A stretch of DNA of 63,748 bases, filler included, from Globobulimina sp. (taxonomy: Eukaryota), in the NCBI GenBank assembly GCA_003354225.1. It is 37 parts of 37 records of this genome, joined end to end, with 100 filler letters (N's around TTAATTAATTAA, not from the genome) between each part and the next. Parts side by side here need not be neighbours in the genome. Positions count along the whole stretch, not along the records: positions 12,084 to 13,709 come from PIVH01013935.1; positions 13,810 to 15,435 come from PIVH01013936.1; positions 15,536 to 17,161 come from PIVH01013937.1; positions 17,262 to 18,887 come from PIVH01013938.1; positions 18,988 to 20,613 come from PIVH01013939.1; positions 20,714 to 22,339 come from PIVH01013940.1; positions 22,440 to 24,065 come from PIVH01013941.1; positions 24,166 to 25,791 come from PIVH01013942.1; 29 more parts are not named here. One strand, written 5' to 3'. Below the pieces are notes generated by a model. That model did not search any database and was not told the DNA's origin. It was given only the letters and a program-made list of their open reading frames with translations. Of this stretch, positions 12,812-25,931 are shown piece after piece (positions within the stretch are counted from its first letter, which is position 1; each line of letters starts with the position of its first letter). Made by a program: the position numbers and the translations under genes.

Positions 12812-13630
12812 TCATTCTACATATAATTTTTCTGATTCGTCCATTTTATCAATATCCATACTTGCTGCAATGTGCGCCATTGCAATATCAGCTGCAGCCA
12901 TTGCTGTTTTTTCAACATGTACATATTCTGTAAAATGATCATTTTCTTTTAAATGATCATTCTCTTTGAATTTGGAAAAAAATGCATACTGAAAATATAT
13001 TGCCAATAAAAAAGGAAATATTATCAATAACGACACAATGACCATAACAAAAAGAGATGACGACGATATTAATAAGACAGATATTATTAATATTAAACAC
13101 GCCAACAAAATCCATTCCATTTCATTAATTTCTTTATATAAAAAGGGTTTACATTTTGTTTGTACGCCTAATAATATGATGAGAGATAAAATTAAAAACC
13201 ATTTCAAATAATCATTGTTGAATGTAATGGATAAAAATGCAATTAATATACGTCTAAATAATAGGACAAATTCCCAATAATAATATTCCTTTTTATATGC
13301 GTCTGTCATTAATATTAATGAATTTTTTTCTTCATTTCCTCTTAACGATGGATCCATTTTTTTAATCACAAAAAATAACACAATAAAAACTAAAATAATT
13401 GCAATCAATGACAACAATGATAATGTCCAAGTTACACCATAACATTCTTCAATTCCAAAGTAAAAATGAACATATTTTGCATTATCACCAGTTCCAACAG
13501 ATTGGCAATTTAATAATTTAAACAAAATTGATAATATTTGTCCAATTGTTAACAATAAAAATGCAACAAACGTTTTTGGGAAATTCGGTGTTCTGTTTTT
13601 AATTTTTATTTCTTTAAATTTTGACAACAT
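12812..13630 (-). CDS. Multi-pass membrane protein (TRP-like C-terminal TM domain of protist surface proteins), partial
   Basis: YKKEYYYWEFVLLFRRILI, KPFLYKEINEME, multiple TM helices. Confidence 0.7.
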   Translation of the reverse strand: MLSKFKEIKIKNRTPNFPKTFVAFLLLTIGQILSILFKLLNCQSVGTGDNAKYVHFYFGIEECYGVTWTLSLLSLIAIILVFIVLFFVIKKMDPSLRGNEEKNSLILMTDAYKKEYYYWEFVLLFRRILIAFLSITFNNDYLKWFLILSLIILLGVQTKCKPFLYKEINEMEWILLACLILIISVLLISSSSLFVMVIVSLLIIFPFLLAIYFQYAFFSKFKENDHLKENDHFTEYVHVEKTAMAAADIAMAHIAASMDIDKMDESEKLYVE

Positions 13631-13809
13631 ATAGGGCCTATCTAATCTAAAATGCGTATTTACAGTTTGAGAGTATATTTACATGTCATATGCTTATAGC
13701 GGTTTTTATNNNNNNNNNNNNNNNNNNNNNNNNNNNNNNNNNNNNNNNNNNNNTTAATTAATTAANNNNNNNNNNNNNNNNNNNNNNNNNNNNNNNNNNN
13801 NNNNNNNNN

Positions 13810-14526
13810 TGATTCAGTTTGTTTCATTCGTTTTGACATATATTCATTAAATATAATCTCCAACTGTTTAATTCTTATTTTCTCAGTGTTTTTGCTCTCT
13901 AAATGAACTGTATTAATCCATATGCTTTCTCCTGTATTTTCCAATCCAACTTGCATTGACAGCAACTTTCGACCCATTCTATTTTAACAAAATTAATTTT
14001 AACTTCCACAATCAAAGAATGAAAATGTATAAATTAACAAATTCAATTACATTGAGTGCAGTTTGCAGAGTTTTAAATCCAAAACATTTAATTTACTCAT
14101 TTTAGCACCAATGAATGTGCCATAACCATTCAAAGTTGTCGTGTCTTTAGGAACAGCAGTCAATATATAATTATTTTGGACCAATGGTATTTGGGTAAAA
14201 TCCTGTAACCATTTTGCTGTTACCTCTTGAAAACAAAATATGTCTGGTTTTATATTTTCTAATATTTTAACTAACTCAACTTGCCGTTGTTTAAAATTTT
14301 CTTCACCAAACCAGATGTTAAACGACATTACAATCAATTGCTCCGTGTTAACGCTATCATTTTGTTTCATTTCTTTATTGTTTGCATGTTTAGATTTTTT
14401 ATCAAAACCTAATTTGAACCATTCTCTTCCAGTTGAATCATATTGGAATGGATATATTTGTTTCAGCTCAGATATTTGATAGCTTCCATCACCATTCTTG
14501 AATCTGGAGTTTTGTTGATTGCCCAT
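13810..14526 (-). CDS. TDP2-like endonuclease/exonuclease/phosphatase, partial; intron 13979-14050
   Basis: MSFNIWF, PDIFCFQEVT, SIMGRKLL, TVHLES; MGN start. Confidence 0.85.
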
Positions 14527-14631
14527 TTGAGCTAATTTTAATAGTAACACGGTTTATTTTGTCTGACTGATTTGTATATGTTTTTTAGGAACGTTAGGAA
14601 CTATAATTACAAATTTACAAAAGAAAGTGTT

Positions 14632-15435
14632 TTATAATTTGGATTTGCAATTCCCGACACCCAATTTGCCGTATTTTCTTTTCGCAGTCTGCATATTCAT
14701 GGAAATAATGGGAAACCAAAATGCCATCTCAGCGATTTGATCAATAACCGATGAAGTTTTACCAGTAACCACATCCTGATTTAACATGATATGATTCGCA
14801 ATATCAAAACACAAATCCCAATACTTTTGTTTATTTGTAATTTCGCCCAAAATGGAACTGGCCCACATTACTTTATGCGCAGCGGCATTATTCCGAATAT
14901 CATCATTACATTTCGTAATTGCAAAATCCAATATCGTTTCCGCACCATTTAAATATGTTTCATTCCTTGTCATTCGATATAAAATACCTAAAAAAGCAGC
15001 AGGATATCCAAGACTCCACCAACTTTGTTTCACTCTGTTGCCATTTACACAAAACAATACCCATTCTTTCATTTCCTCCGCATCTGTTTTAAAATTGCCA
15101 TTATCATCAAATATATGATAAAAAATGCCTTTCTCCATATCTGGCTGACGCGATATTTGCTCAATTACTCGATCTCCAAATTCTTATTTTATTTTGTCAA
15201 ATTATAAATATTTTGGGCTACAATTGCTGAATAAATGAGCAGCAGCTAAAATATTTATAATTCAATGAAAATAAGTGTCATAACTCATGGCTCTGTCAAC
15301 ATATCCAAGAGTAAGATATGTCAATCCCAACGCAGCTGTGTTGAATACACAATTCATATTTGCTCCATTTGGAGCATTGCCATAAGTATACCGTATGGTG
15401 CACGCACTCAATTTTGTATTGTAATATTTGTCTAA
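14632..15435 (-). CDS. Hypothetical alpha/alpha-toroid-like protein, partial, probably intron-containing
   Basis: LYRMTRNETYLNGA and LGEITNKQKYWDL helical-hairpin repeats. Confidence 0.55.
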
Positions 15436-15535
15436 NNNNNNNNNNNNNNNNNNNNNNNNNNNNNNNNNNNNNNNNNNNNTTAATTAATTAANNNNNNNNN
15501 NNNNNNNNNNNNNNNNNNNNNNNNNNNNNNNNNNN

Positions 15536-15880
15536 AAAAAATTACTATTCCGATAATTAAAGAAGTCGTACTTTTTACGCTTGAATCTATTTCGCTGCTT
15601 GTATTTTTCATCTCATCCCAGCCTGAACCGATAATACCTTTGGAAAGAGAGATAATCCGGGGGGCAAGGGGAAGAAGAGTCTTTTCTATTTCGCTATTCA
15701 TTTTAACAGCAACCGCGGCCATACCTTCAAATTCATCCATATAATTTTTAACTTCAAAGGCAGCGCTCGTAAATTCCGGTTCCTTTTCCAGTTCAGAAAG
15801 TGACTGGCCCAGTCTCATCGAGGCCATTGTCATGTGTGTACTCGATCTGATGCCTGGAGATCTAAAAGACATACTCGTAA
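15536..15880 (-). CDS. Probable bacterial chemoreceptor/sensor periplasmic domain fragment, chimeric
   Basis: Helical bundle ending in a TM start (SLIIGIVIF); unlike flanking genes (inference). Confidence 0.4.
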
Positions 15881-16251
15881 AAGAAAAATGGTGCAAGAAT
15901 TCCGAAATGGAGAGAAACGCCTTGCAAGCTCTCTTGAGTAGACTATACAGTTTAGTGTGTTTGTCTGCCTTTCGGAAATGTGGTTTTTTAGTTTAGACTC
16001 AATCCAAATAAGACTGGCATTTTTTTGATTTATTTGAGAATTATATATTGAATGAATTTGAATAGGAATGAATGGATATGATTAGGAATCACTTGGTTAG
16101 AATTTTGAATACTGGCTCAACCAAATGGATGGTATCATCATCATCACTCAATTCCAGAGTCTCATCAATCACGCGAAGCATGGCAGTTACTTGACTCGTT
16201 GACTTAAAAGGGATTTTCGAAAAACCTATATACAAAAACAAAGTGTGCTGC

Positions 16252-17097
16252 TCATAAACTGTGCACAAACAATACCACAGAAGCACAGGGAACAATCAAT
16301 GCGGCGAACTCACTGATGATGCAGATCAATGATATGTGATGCACCTTTTTCAAATCTTGAGATGTTTCTGGTAACCGATATAAAACAATGACGTAAGCAA
16401 TATCCAATGCAAAGCCCAGAGAAAATAAAACAACGGCTAAGGTGCTCCATTTTTGTTGAATGGCGAATGCGAGGGATTGCAGTACAAATATCAATGGCGC
16501 ACACGCATAGTGCATAGTTGTAGACAAATAATTGTTTGGTCCTTCTAACTCCCACGTGCCGTATATCCCATTTCCAAATATACCACATATCATCAGTATA
16601 GATGCAATTTTATCATTTAGATTTTCTTTATAATCGTAGTTTTCATTCCAATGTATAATTATCGCAGAAAATACAGCGCCGACCGTGGCGTATGCGGCAC
16701 GGGAAAATAAATTATGCGCATTCGATCCAAAGGTTGCTGTGACAGCGGATACAGATTTTATAGCTCGCTCCTTCTCTTCAATCGTACATTGAGGCACTAC
16801 ATAATTGGTAAAACCGTAAATTGATTTCCGTTTCACATAAATGTAATGCAGACTTTTTGAACCAAATATTATTGAACCAAAATATACAGCGGCAATTACA
16901 TAGAATACAGTGATAACATAAGCAACCATATGATAGCCATTTCCGTTTTTATTTGAGATGATCAATATGAGAATTAAGAAAATTAGAAATATCACGGTGT
17001 TCACTAGTTTGATTAATCGAGTGCGGCCAACTAATTTACGAGTCATAACAGCAGTTATTTCCAGATCTTCCTCTGGATCATTATCTGGATCGGTCAT
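16252..17097 (-). CDS. Multi-pass membrane protein (Frag1/DRAM-like)
   Basis: About 7 hydrophobic helices; SVSAVTA, MHYACA, ISEF. Confidence 0.6.
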   Translation of the reverse strand: MTDPDNDPEEDLEITAVMTRKLVGRTRLIKLVNTVIFLIFLILILIISNKNGNGYHMVAYVITVFYVIAAVYFGSIIFGSKSLHYIYVKRKSIYGFTNYVVPQCTIEEKERAIKSVSAVTATFGSNAHNLFSRAAYATVGAVFSAIIIHWNENYDYKENLNDKIASILMICGIFGNGIYGTWELEGPNNYLSTTMHYACAPLIFVLQSLAFAIQQKWSTLAVVLFSLGFALDIAYVIVLYRLPETSQDLKKVHHISLICIISEFAALIVPCASVVLFVHSL

Positions 17098-17635
17098 TTT
17101 ATAAATTTATTTATGTTTGAATGATGACTTCAAAAAAAAGTGGACAGTTAGGACACTCTGCNNNNNNNNNNNNNNNNNNNNNNNNNNNNNNNNNNNNNNN
17201 NNNNNTTAATTAATTAANNNNNNNNNNNNNNNNNNNNNNNNNNNNNNNNNNNNNNNNNNNNCACAACAATAACAGAAACACTTTCATCTCAATTCAATGA
17301 AACCTCCGTTATAAAGTAACAATCTGTTTATATTTACTGATAAAGAAAAAGAAATATTGATTAAAGCGGGTCCATATCTGAATATATATATTTATATATT
17401 GATTATTATTTGTTTTGTATATAGGTTTAAAGTGATTGTATTAGATACAGTATATTTAATACATCACGAATTATTATTAAAACAAAAAGAAATTGGATGG
17501 AGATGTGATTACTCTCAAAGTAGTAATATCAAAAATATCAATATACATCGATCTGCATTTTCTCCGATTTCTGACTGGATTATGATCATGATTATAATTG
17601 ACGTAGTTATTTGATAATAATTTGTAATCCAAAAC

Positions 17636-18887
17636 ATGTTGAAATCCAATGCAGTGGTTCCACAGAGCCAATCAAGCAATAAAATAGGGAGTCAATTCGA
17701 TTCAGGATACGATGAATTCGATTCAGAATCGCGTTTACCATTTCGTAGTATACCGACTCAAATGAATGGAATGGCGCGAGCTCAACAACGACAAGAGAAC
17801 GATAATGATATTGATTTAACCAAATCAAATATTTATAATCCAAACAATGTAGACAAGCAGGAGGAAATCCGGAGTGTAAAAATATCAAAATATATATTAA
17901 TTTATATTACAAATGATTTATATCGTATTACATCCATATTTGCAGTCATCATCGCCTTATTCGCCTATGATTTCTCGAGAACATTAGAATATTCGCAATT
18001 CGATGATGTTGTAGAATACACATTATGCGCAATGTTTGTGTTTTTGTTGGGAGATTGTATCTGTCAATCAATTGTATACAAATCATATCCAGGTTCATTT
18101 TTCTTTTGGTTGGATTTAGTTGGCACTGTGACGTTATTGGCTGACATATCATTTACATATCAGCTGTTTGGCTATACCCAGGCCGATCTAACAGTAGCTC
18201 GCGGCGGTAGAGCAGGGAGAGCTGCCCGTACTGCGACCACATTACGTATTACACGGTTAACGCGCTTAATTCGATTGGCGAGGGTATTGAGACAATTTAA
18301 GTTAATGATACAGAACTCATTCAGTGACAGTACTAACAGACAGCATAGAGTGTCGGCAACAAAATCTTTAACATCGGATGACTTAAAGATTCCCGCAAGC
18401 GATAATTCCGAAGATTTAACTGCTTTAAATACACAAAAGAACTCCCAAACTGCGAGATCTTCGTTGTCGAGTTCTGGAGATGACAGTATAAGCAGTGACA
18501 GTTTAAGCAAAGAACAGTCAGTTCGCACAAAACATTCAAGTCGTATTGGTGTACGTGTGGCTGATTCAATTACGAGGAATGTTGTGTTTGGCATATTATT
18601 GACGGTATGTTTAGTGCCGATATTTAATTATACGGAAGAAGAAAGTTATTCTGCTATGTATCTGGCATTGGATTTGTTCAATAACCATCAACCATATCTA
18701 AATAATACAATTGATACATTTTTATCTACGACAGATGGTGAGAATGTATATTATTTAGATATTAATGGCACAGAATATAGGAACGACATTGCAGTTGCAG
18801 ATATTTTAAGAGGTACAGAGACTTTGACATTTTCTCAGAATAATGTTGAAATAAAATTGAGTATTGCAGAATCGGTACAGTTTGAAC
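17636..18887 (+). CDS. Voltage-sensor-like TM module, likely N-terminus of an ion-channel/adenylyl cyclase fusion; partial
   Basis: SFFFWLDLV, RAGRAAR...LRITRLTRLIRLARVLR (S4-like), SRIGVRVADSITRNVV. Confidence 0.7.
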
Positions 18888-19129
18888 NNNNNNNNNNNNN
18901 NNNNNNNNNNNNNNNNNNNNNNNNNNNNNNNTTAATTAATTAANNNNNNNNNNNNNNNNNNNNNNNNNNNNNNNNNNNNNNNNNNNNTATCGCAATTAAA
19001 TTATATGAAGAAGTTTAATATATTTAGTTTAAATTAGAGAAATTACATAAATAAGTTTAATTTTGTTAATTTTGTAAAAATGTATAAAGAAATAAATATA
19101 CTATTCAAATTTTACTTTTATTGTTTAAG

Positions 19130-20613
19130 GGAAATGACAGTGGTATCATTTATTGTCGTAAAAGAGAAGAATGTGAACATATTGTAAATGAGTTACAGAA
19201 AAATTTTTTAACCGCCATTTCATATCATGCAGGATTGCCAATTAATGTTTGTTCAATATTTAAAATAATTAACAAAATTTAATTATATCAATTTATTATT
19301 ATTTTAGACAAGACGGCTAGTTCAAGAAAAGTGGATGATTGGTGCAGTTCGTATAATTGTAGCAACAATTTCATTTGGAATGGGTATTGATAAACCTAAT
19401 GTTCGGTAATATTGTATTTTATTTCTTTCATTTATATATGTATATTATTTTTTTATTCATTGTTGAAAATATTCAAAATTGAAGGTTTATTGTCCACTGG
19501 AACATGTCACATTCATTATCATCTTATTATCAAGAATCAGGTCGTGCTGGTCGTGATGGAAAAAAAGCTTTTTGTCGAATATATTACAGTCAAGTTGATC
19601 GAGATTTATTGTTGTACTTTGCGAAGAATGATATTGAAAAGTTCAAGGTTTTTTTAGTTTCTTTTCAAATAATAATGATTATTAATTTAATTATAATTTT
19701 TAAGAAAGAAGGGAAAAATTTATTTTACAAAATTCACCATACGATTGATGGATGTAAAAGGATGGCACAGTATTGTGAAAGTATACAGTATGTAATTAAT
19801 TATATTTATAATAAGTTTTTGTATGTACTTAAAAACTTTCCTCTAACTTTAGATGTCGACATTCCATAATTTGTAACTATTTTGATGATAATAGTGTTCT
19901 ACGATGTTCCAAAAATTGTGATGTTTGTGAAGATTACCAGAAAGTGCAAAAAAATATTTACGATCTTGTTTGCAATTCCAGTCCATTTTCTATTGCTCCT
20001 ACTGGTGGAGCAGCTGGATATTCACCTGGATTTCAAAATGCCAATTCATTACATTTAACTAGTGATCAAACAACCAGAAAAAGAAATTTAACCACTTTGT
20101 ATGTACTATTATAATAATAGTAACAATATTATAATTATTTTTAAAAAAAAAATATTTTAGTCAGTCTTCCGAAAGTACAGAAATTTCAAATGAAATTCAA
20201 ATCAAACAAGTAAAATAAAAAAAAAATTATCTTATAACTTAGTTTATTACTGCATTTTAGGAATATGATCAAACTGATACTAACAAAGAAGCATGCAGTT
20301 CGGAATGTGACATTTTAGTTTTGTTTCCAAATGCAAGTACTGTTAATGGTCTATCAATTGAAGTAAGTATATCAATTTTAGAATATTAAATATTTACTGA
20401 ATTGTTGCCGAATTGTTTTAGAAAAGAACTGAAATGAAATTCAAAATAGAATGTGAAATAAACAAAAATACAACAGTTTTAAATTTGTTAGTCATATTAT
20501 TTAGTATTTTTTCATAATGTTACCTTTTTTAGTTCTTTCTTTATAGAAACACAAACATTGACAGTGTACATGAAGCCATGAAAATTGAATATTCCATTTA
20601 CAAAAGTGTAAGA
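19130..20613 (+). CDS. RecQ helicase (RecQ5-like), C-terminal part, many short introns
   Basis: Spliced: [45 protein letters not shown]...CSKNCDVC; introns 19247-19307, 19406-19484, 19648-19704, 19788-19852 and more. Confidence 0.92.
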
Positions 20614-20713
20614 NNNNNNNNNNNNNNNNNNNNNNNNNNNNNNNNNNNNNNNNNNNNTTAATTAATTAANNNNNNNNNNNNNNNNNNNNNNNNNNNNNNN
20701 NNNNNNNNNNNNN

Positions 20714-20887
20714 TTTCCCTTCAATTTGCCCAATATATCTCACTTTGCCATACATATGCGAAGCATGCTTCTTTTTTTTGTTCTGAGTTTGAAATGTTAT
20801 CTGCATCAACATAGATATGCGTCAGTTTATAGATTGACTCATTCAATAAAACTTAACAGTATCACCAACAGTCACAACCAACGACAT
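20714..20887 (-). CDS. CAP-Gly-like domain protein, 5' fragment with one intron
   Basis: Spliced MSLVVTVGDT|ITFQ...YGKVRYIGQIEGK. Confidence 0.6.
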
Positions 20888-21196
20888 TTGTATTTAATCT
20901 GACTCAAGTCCTAAACTGTAATTATCGTTTTCAGTCTAAAAGTTGAACAAAACAATAGTAAAAGTCATAAAACCATTTTAATTATTTTCTATCCAATAAA
21001 TGGAATGGGTATAATTTGCTGATCAGAAATACTGACTAGAAATGCATTTGTTGTGAAGACCGGATGCTCTTTTACCATTAACCGATTCGATCTGGTTGAA
21101 AACCACTTGACGTCATAGATTTTTTAAGAAAGTTAAGAATTCAACTCTAGTTCCATGTTTTTCAACAATAATGTTCCAATGCATAGAGGCAAAGAG

Positions 21197-22339
21197 TCAT
21201 TGACAATAATCAAGAACAAAAAATTTCTGAATACCAAACGAAGTAATTATAAGCGGAAAAATCAATCTAATCCATTTGTCTCCATATTGTACTCCTCCGT
21301 TTCTACTCAGTCTGAATGGATGTTGACTCCCTCCATTTGTGCCATAGCCACCTCCTCCGCCATATGCCAATCCATAGCCTCGTGTCCCACCTCCGCCACC
21401 ACCAAAATTATGCACATATTGTTTGACGGATAGTTTTTTATATGATTCGCCAGTCCAACTTTGAGGATGTTGAGATTTGCCGCCTTTATATCCCTTTCCA
21501 TCAAGTTGTATCTTGCCACCTTTCTCAATAACAAACTTAGTCAATGAACGAATGGACAGTTTGCCGCCTTCTCTCTTATCGGAATTCCAGCCATTGACAG
21601 TTAAAATTGCTGCGTGTTGGACGATGACTGCATTAAATATATAGTCAGCTGCTGGCAATGTTTTTGTCTCATTCTTGGCAATAACTAATAAATCTGGATA
21701 ATTCGAGTATGCTGCCAACATTTCGATGATTTCGCGAGGAATTGTAACGACATGGTCTGATACAAAGACTCGAGCATATCCTTCGATCAATATCAAGTCA
21801 GATTTATTCTGTTTTGGGTGATGTTCTTCGACATATTCCTTCTCTGCTAAGTCATGCGTATCATTACATGGATTTGCATCTGCTTCGGATGGATTGTGTT
21901 GGTTTTGAGCCACCGCATTGTCATTAGTTTCTGTTGCTTGCTGGCTGAGATTAGATTGATTAGTTTGATTAACTTTTTTCTTTTTGTTGCATGTTCTGTG
22001 TTGGAGAAATGGTTTAGGAAATACTATTTGTCGTCTTAGTATATAATTTGTTTGATAATACCATTTGTCGTCTTGGTTGGATGAGTTTATTCCGTTTTGT
22101 TGAGTATTATTGGATTTTGACAATGTTTTCTGTGGTTCTGGTTGAATATAATTCTGTTGCTCATATTTAGTGAGCATATCATCGAAAATATCATCGTCAG
22201 TTTGAATAAATTGCGGTGATCGTTCTTTTTTATGCTGCATTTCTTTGTTTGATTCACTTGAATATGAATTGTTTGATTTTTTCTGTTCTTCATTGCTGCC
22301 GCAAGATTTCTTTTTTTTTGGTTTGTTACTAGGTGCCAC
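21197..22339 (-). CDS. Gly-rich-domain protein, C-terminus possibly truncated
   Basis: GKIQLDGKGYKGG, GGGGGG, YGGGGGYGTNG. Confidence 0.6.
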   Translation of the reverse strand: MAPSNKPKKKKSCGSNEEQKKSNNSYSSESNKEMQHKKERSPQFIQTDDDIFDDMLTKYEQQNYIQPEPQKTLSKSNNTQQNGINSSNQDDKWYYQTNYILRRQIVFPKPFLQHRTCNKKKKVNQTNQSNLSQQATETNDNAVAQNQHNPSEADANPCNDTHDLAEKEYVEEHHPKQNKSDLILIEGYARVFVSDHVVTIPREIIEMLAAYSNYPDLLVIAKNETKTLPAADYIFNAVIVQHAAILTVNGWNSDKREGGKLSIRSLTKFVIEKGGKIQLDGKGYKGGKSQHPQSWTGESYKKLSVKQYVHNFGGGGGGTRGYGLAYGGGGGYGTNGGSQHPFRLSRNGGVQYGDKWIRLIFPLIITSFGIQKFFVLDYCQ

Positions 22340-22439
22340 NNNNNNNNNNNNNNNNNNNNNNNNNNNNNNNNNNNNNNNNNNNNTTAATTAATTAANNNNN
22401 NNNNNNNNNNNNNNNNNNNNNNNNNNNNNNNNNNNNNNN

Positions 22440-24065
22440 TGAATGTGTTATCTCAATGAAAAGCGTGGTTCGATCCATGGGTAACGAAGTTGAACCAACC
22501 TCAGTTAGATTCGGCGAACTCATTGTTGAGGGTATTTCAATTCGTTTCTCTGTTTCTTTGTTTCCACCGGCTTTTTTCCCCCATTTACGGCACACATAAA
22601 TGGTAAAAACACAAACGCAGCACAAACAAATTAGAACCACTGCAATTAATACAATCGAAATCATAAATGAATCTGAGCCAGCAACAAAATTAGATTTAGA
22701 TTCATCAGTATATTGCGATTTTGATGGGTTTGCAGTCGGTGCTTTGCTTGGATTATATGTTGGGTTTAAAGACGGACTCTTTGTTGGTATATTGGATGGG
22801 AATTTTGACGGAAAATATGATGGTGAATTGGATGGCAAATTTGATGGGAAATTTGATGGAAAATTTGAAGGAAAATTTGTTACAAATCTTGATGGAGAAT
22901 TTGAAGGAAAATTTGATGGAAAACTAGGTGGATTTGATGGGGAATTTATTGGTGAATTTGATGGTGGATTACTTGGATTGAATGTGGGTATATTTGATGG
23001 TGAATTACTTGTCATTGTAGGAGCATTTGATGGTGGATTAGTTGGAGAAATAGAAGTTGACATAGATGGGTTATTTGTTGGTGTTAATGTGCTGTCTAAA
23101 CATGTTAAAGTTAACTTGGAATCCAATGATTTCCCAGAACATTCATTCCCGACTTTCTTTGGTTTATTCACGGTGATTGTATAAGAAGTTCCAGCGGAGA
23201 GTGAGTCGGGAACTAACGGTCTGTCGCTAATACACGGCAACCAGTTCGCACATATTTTATCTTCTGTCCCTTGACACGATCCAAGAGAACCATACATATC
23301 AGAAATCTGTAATATTTCATCACTGACCGCATCATCATTATCAATATCTAGATGTTCAAAACTGATGGCAGGTTGTTTACAATCAGAAGCTATTACATTA
23401 AACGTAACATCATAATATATATTAGCTATGTCACAATCCACTATGCTGTCTGCTATGATTACTTCCTTTGATAAAGACAGCTTTGGATTTATATCGATAT
23501 CATTACAATATCGGGTTGGATCCGTACCACAAAGTGTCCATTCATCGAACATGCAAACCAAGCTCAATTCCGCCCGCATACTCATACCCGAACAGTCAGC
23601 GTCAGCCCTAACAGTAGCTGGTTTAAGCACTGTTTGTTTTGAACATAAACGAAGTTGTTACAGTTGATGGATATTATAAATTTTCAAACCTGTGATGTTA
23701 TATGAACCACCAGCAGTGATTTCATTCATTGGTAATAGCAAACTGCTAAAACAATACAGCCATTCCGAGCATAGTCCATTAGAGGTTCCTTGACAGCTTG
23801 CAATTTCACCATTTGCATCGGAAATGACAAGCGCTTCATCCAAATCTTCGTTATCTGTGTCTTTAAATCCAAAACTTATGGCTGGCCGCTTACAGTCAGT
23901 ATCTATGGCGGTAAAAGTAACCAAATGATAGGAATCCACGCCGGAGCTGAAATCGATAAGTCGTACTTCCGTGGATGTGATGGCCTGCGGGAATGTAAAT
24001 ATGTTCACATCGTAACACAATCGATTTGTACCACATTGTACTGTGCTGTATGTCCATTGAATTGA
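22440..24065 (-). CDS. Type I surface protein with Cys-rich repeats, Pro/Ser/Asn stalk and TM; partial, intron near 23630-23690
   Basis: Repeated DCK.PAISF...SCQGT...C..W..C domain; (PSNF/PSNP)n; TM ISIVLIAVVLICLCCVCVF. Confidence 0.8.
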
Positions 24066-24176
24066 NNNNNNNNNNNNNNNNNNNNNNNNNNNNNNNNNNN
24101 NNNNNNNNNTTAATTAATTAANNNNNNNNNNNNNNNNNNNNNNNNNNNNNNNNNNNNNNNNNNNNCTTATAATTAC

Positions 24177-25791
24177 ATGTTTGTACATAATATAATTAAA
24201 TTAGATTATGTACAAACAGACATATATGATATTTATAAATTACATTATTTCATCTGGGTACTACTTAAGAATAAGAAAAATAGAATACAGAGAAATAGAA
24301 CAAAGTCATCCTCATTGCAGCTGACTAAAAATGTAAACAAAGATTTCTATCGAAACAAAACAGCAGATACAAACAGGAAACATGCAAAGCAAAAACATAG
24401 ATTCAGCAAAGAAGATATCACCAAAAAAGAGCCGACCAAACCAATGCCAATGAATACCAAAAACAACCCACGGATCACCAGAATGGATCAAATAAAAATG
24501 TCCAAATTAAATGTCAAACCAGATACACATAAAAAACGTTTCTCATCGCCATCTGTAGAGATATCAAAGAATTCAAAGTCAGCCAAAGCAGCTGACCGAG
24601 ACACATCCGACGATTATAAAACCAGTCCAATCCGCCCCAAAATAAAAAGAAGAAGCAGTTTCAGCTTCAAATCTAGGAAAAAAACGGACCATTTCGGAAT
24701 GGATAAAGACAAACAAGACAACAAAAACAAGCACAAACGAGGCAGACGAAGCAAACATTCGCGTTCCAATTCCTTCAGTTCTCGAGCCTCCAAACTGGAG
24801 CGATTTAGCTTCAGTTTGAGCCCACGGCCAAGAAGAGCCTCTCAGCAATCGCAACATCATAAAAATGGGTCCGTGACACCCAAACGACGCAAAATGTCCT
24901 TTCATTTCAAAAGCCATTCATCGGACATCTTTGACGGGACAGAGAGTGGTGACATGGACGACTTCTTCGAAGACAGCAACAAAGTGTGGACCGTGAATGA
25001 TTTGATCAGTGAGATGGTGTCCAATGGCTACGACTTGGAGACCGAGAATAGAATGAGAAACGCATTGATTTTATGCCACCAAACCTTTACGACTTCGCTC
25101 GCTTTGTTGGAAGAGCTGCGGCGTTTCTTTCGAATGAGTATCACGCAAATGAGCCAAAGCATATTGTACTTCGACGACGAGAAGGACGACGAATACGAGT
25201 CGTCGCACGATCGGAGATGGAGAATGCGGCAGAAAGTGACGCAGTGTATATTGTACTGGACGGACACGTATTGGCTGCAAGATTTTGCGCACAACAAAGC
25301 GTTGCAGAAAGAAATTGAATTCTTCAAATCGGACATCCGCTCATGTATTCACGACGTAAATCGATCGAAATCGTTGCTGGAGCCGTTGATGGAGAGTTTG
25401 AATGCAATTAAAAGCAAATATGGCGGGATAAACCCGAAGAATTTAAATTTGAATCCAGCGTCGGCAGCGGCAGTGTTTGTGCCTGTTTCTGTGCCGTGGG
25501 ACGACGATGACAATGAAGCGGAGGAAGAGGAGGAATTGTCGACGAGTGTCGTGATCCATTCGTCGGAGGAGGACGTCGACGACAACACAGTGGTCGTCGA
25601 TGAGGGCTCGTTTCGACGCAAAAAGAACACGATGAATTTGATGATTCAGTCACGTGGACGGAAAGTGTCTGTGACCGATGTTGGCTCGGATGGCCCGCCC
25701 GCAATAAGCAAGTCTGTGGCGGCGCAAAATATAATCAGATCGTATGCGGATGAAAAAAGCAAGAAGGAATTGCAGAAAGTGACTGCGGATT
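24177..25791 (+). CDS. RasGEF with REM (N-terminal) domain, partial; start uncertain
   Basis: LILCHQTFTTSLALLEELRRFF...RQKVTQCILYWTDTYWLQDF. Confidence 0.75.
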
Positions 25792-25931
25792 NNNNNNNNN
25801 NNNNNNNNNNNNNNNNNNNNNNNNNNNNNNNNNNNTTAATTAATTAANNNNNNNNNNNNNNNNNNNNNNNNNNNNNNNNNNNNNNNNNNNNTACTGTCCA
25901 ATCCTCGCATTCTGATTCATTGTCGATATCA

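Noticed and set aside
22600-23184. Plus-strand (FDGK)n ORF
   Set aside because: Antisense shadow of the Pro/Ser/Asn stalk of the minus-strand surface protein.
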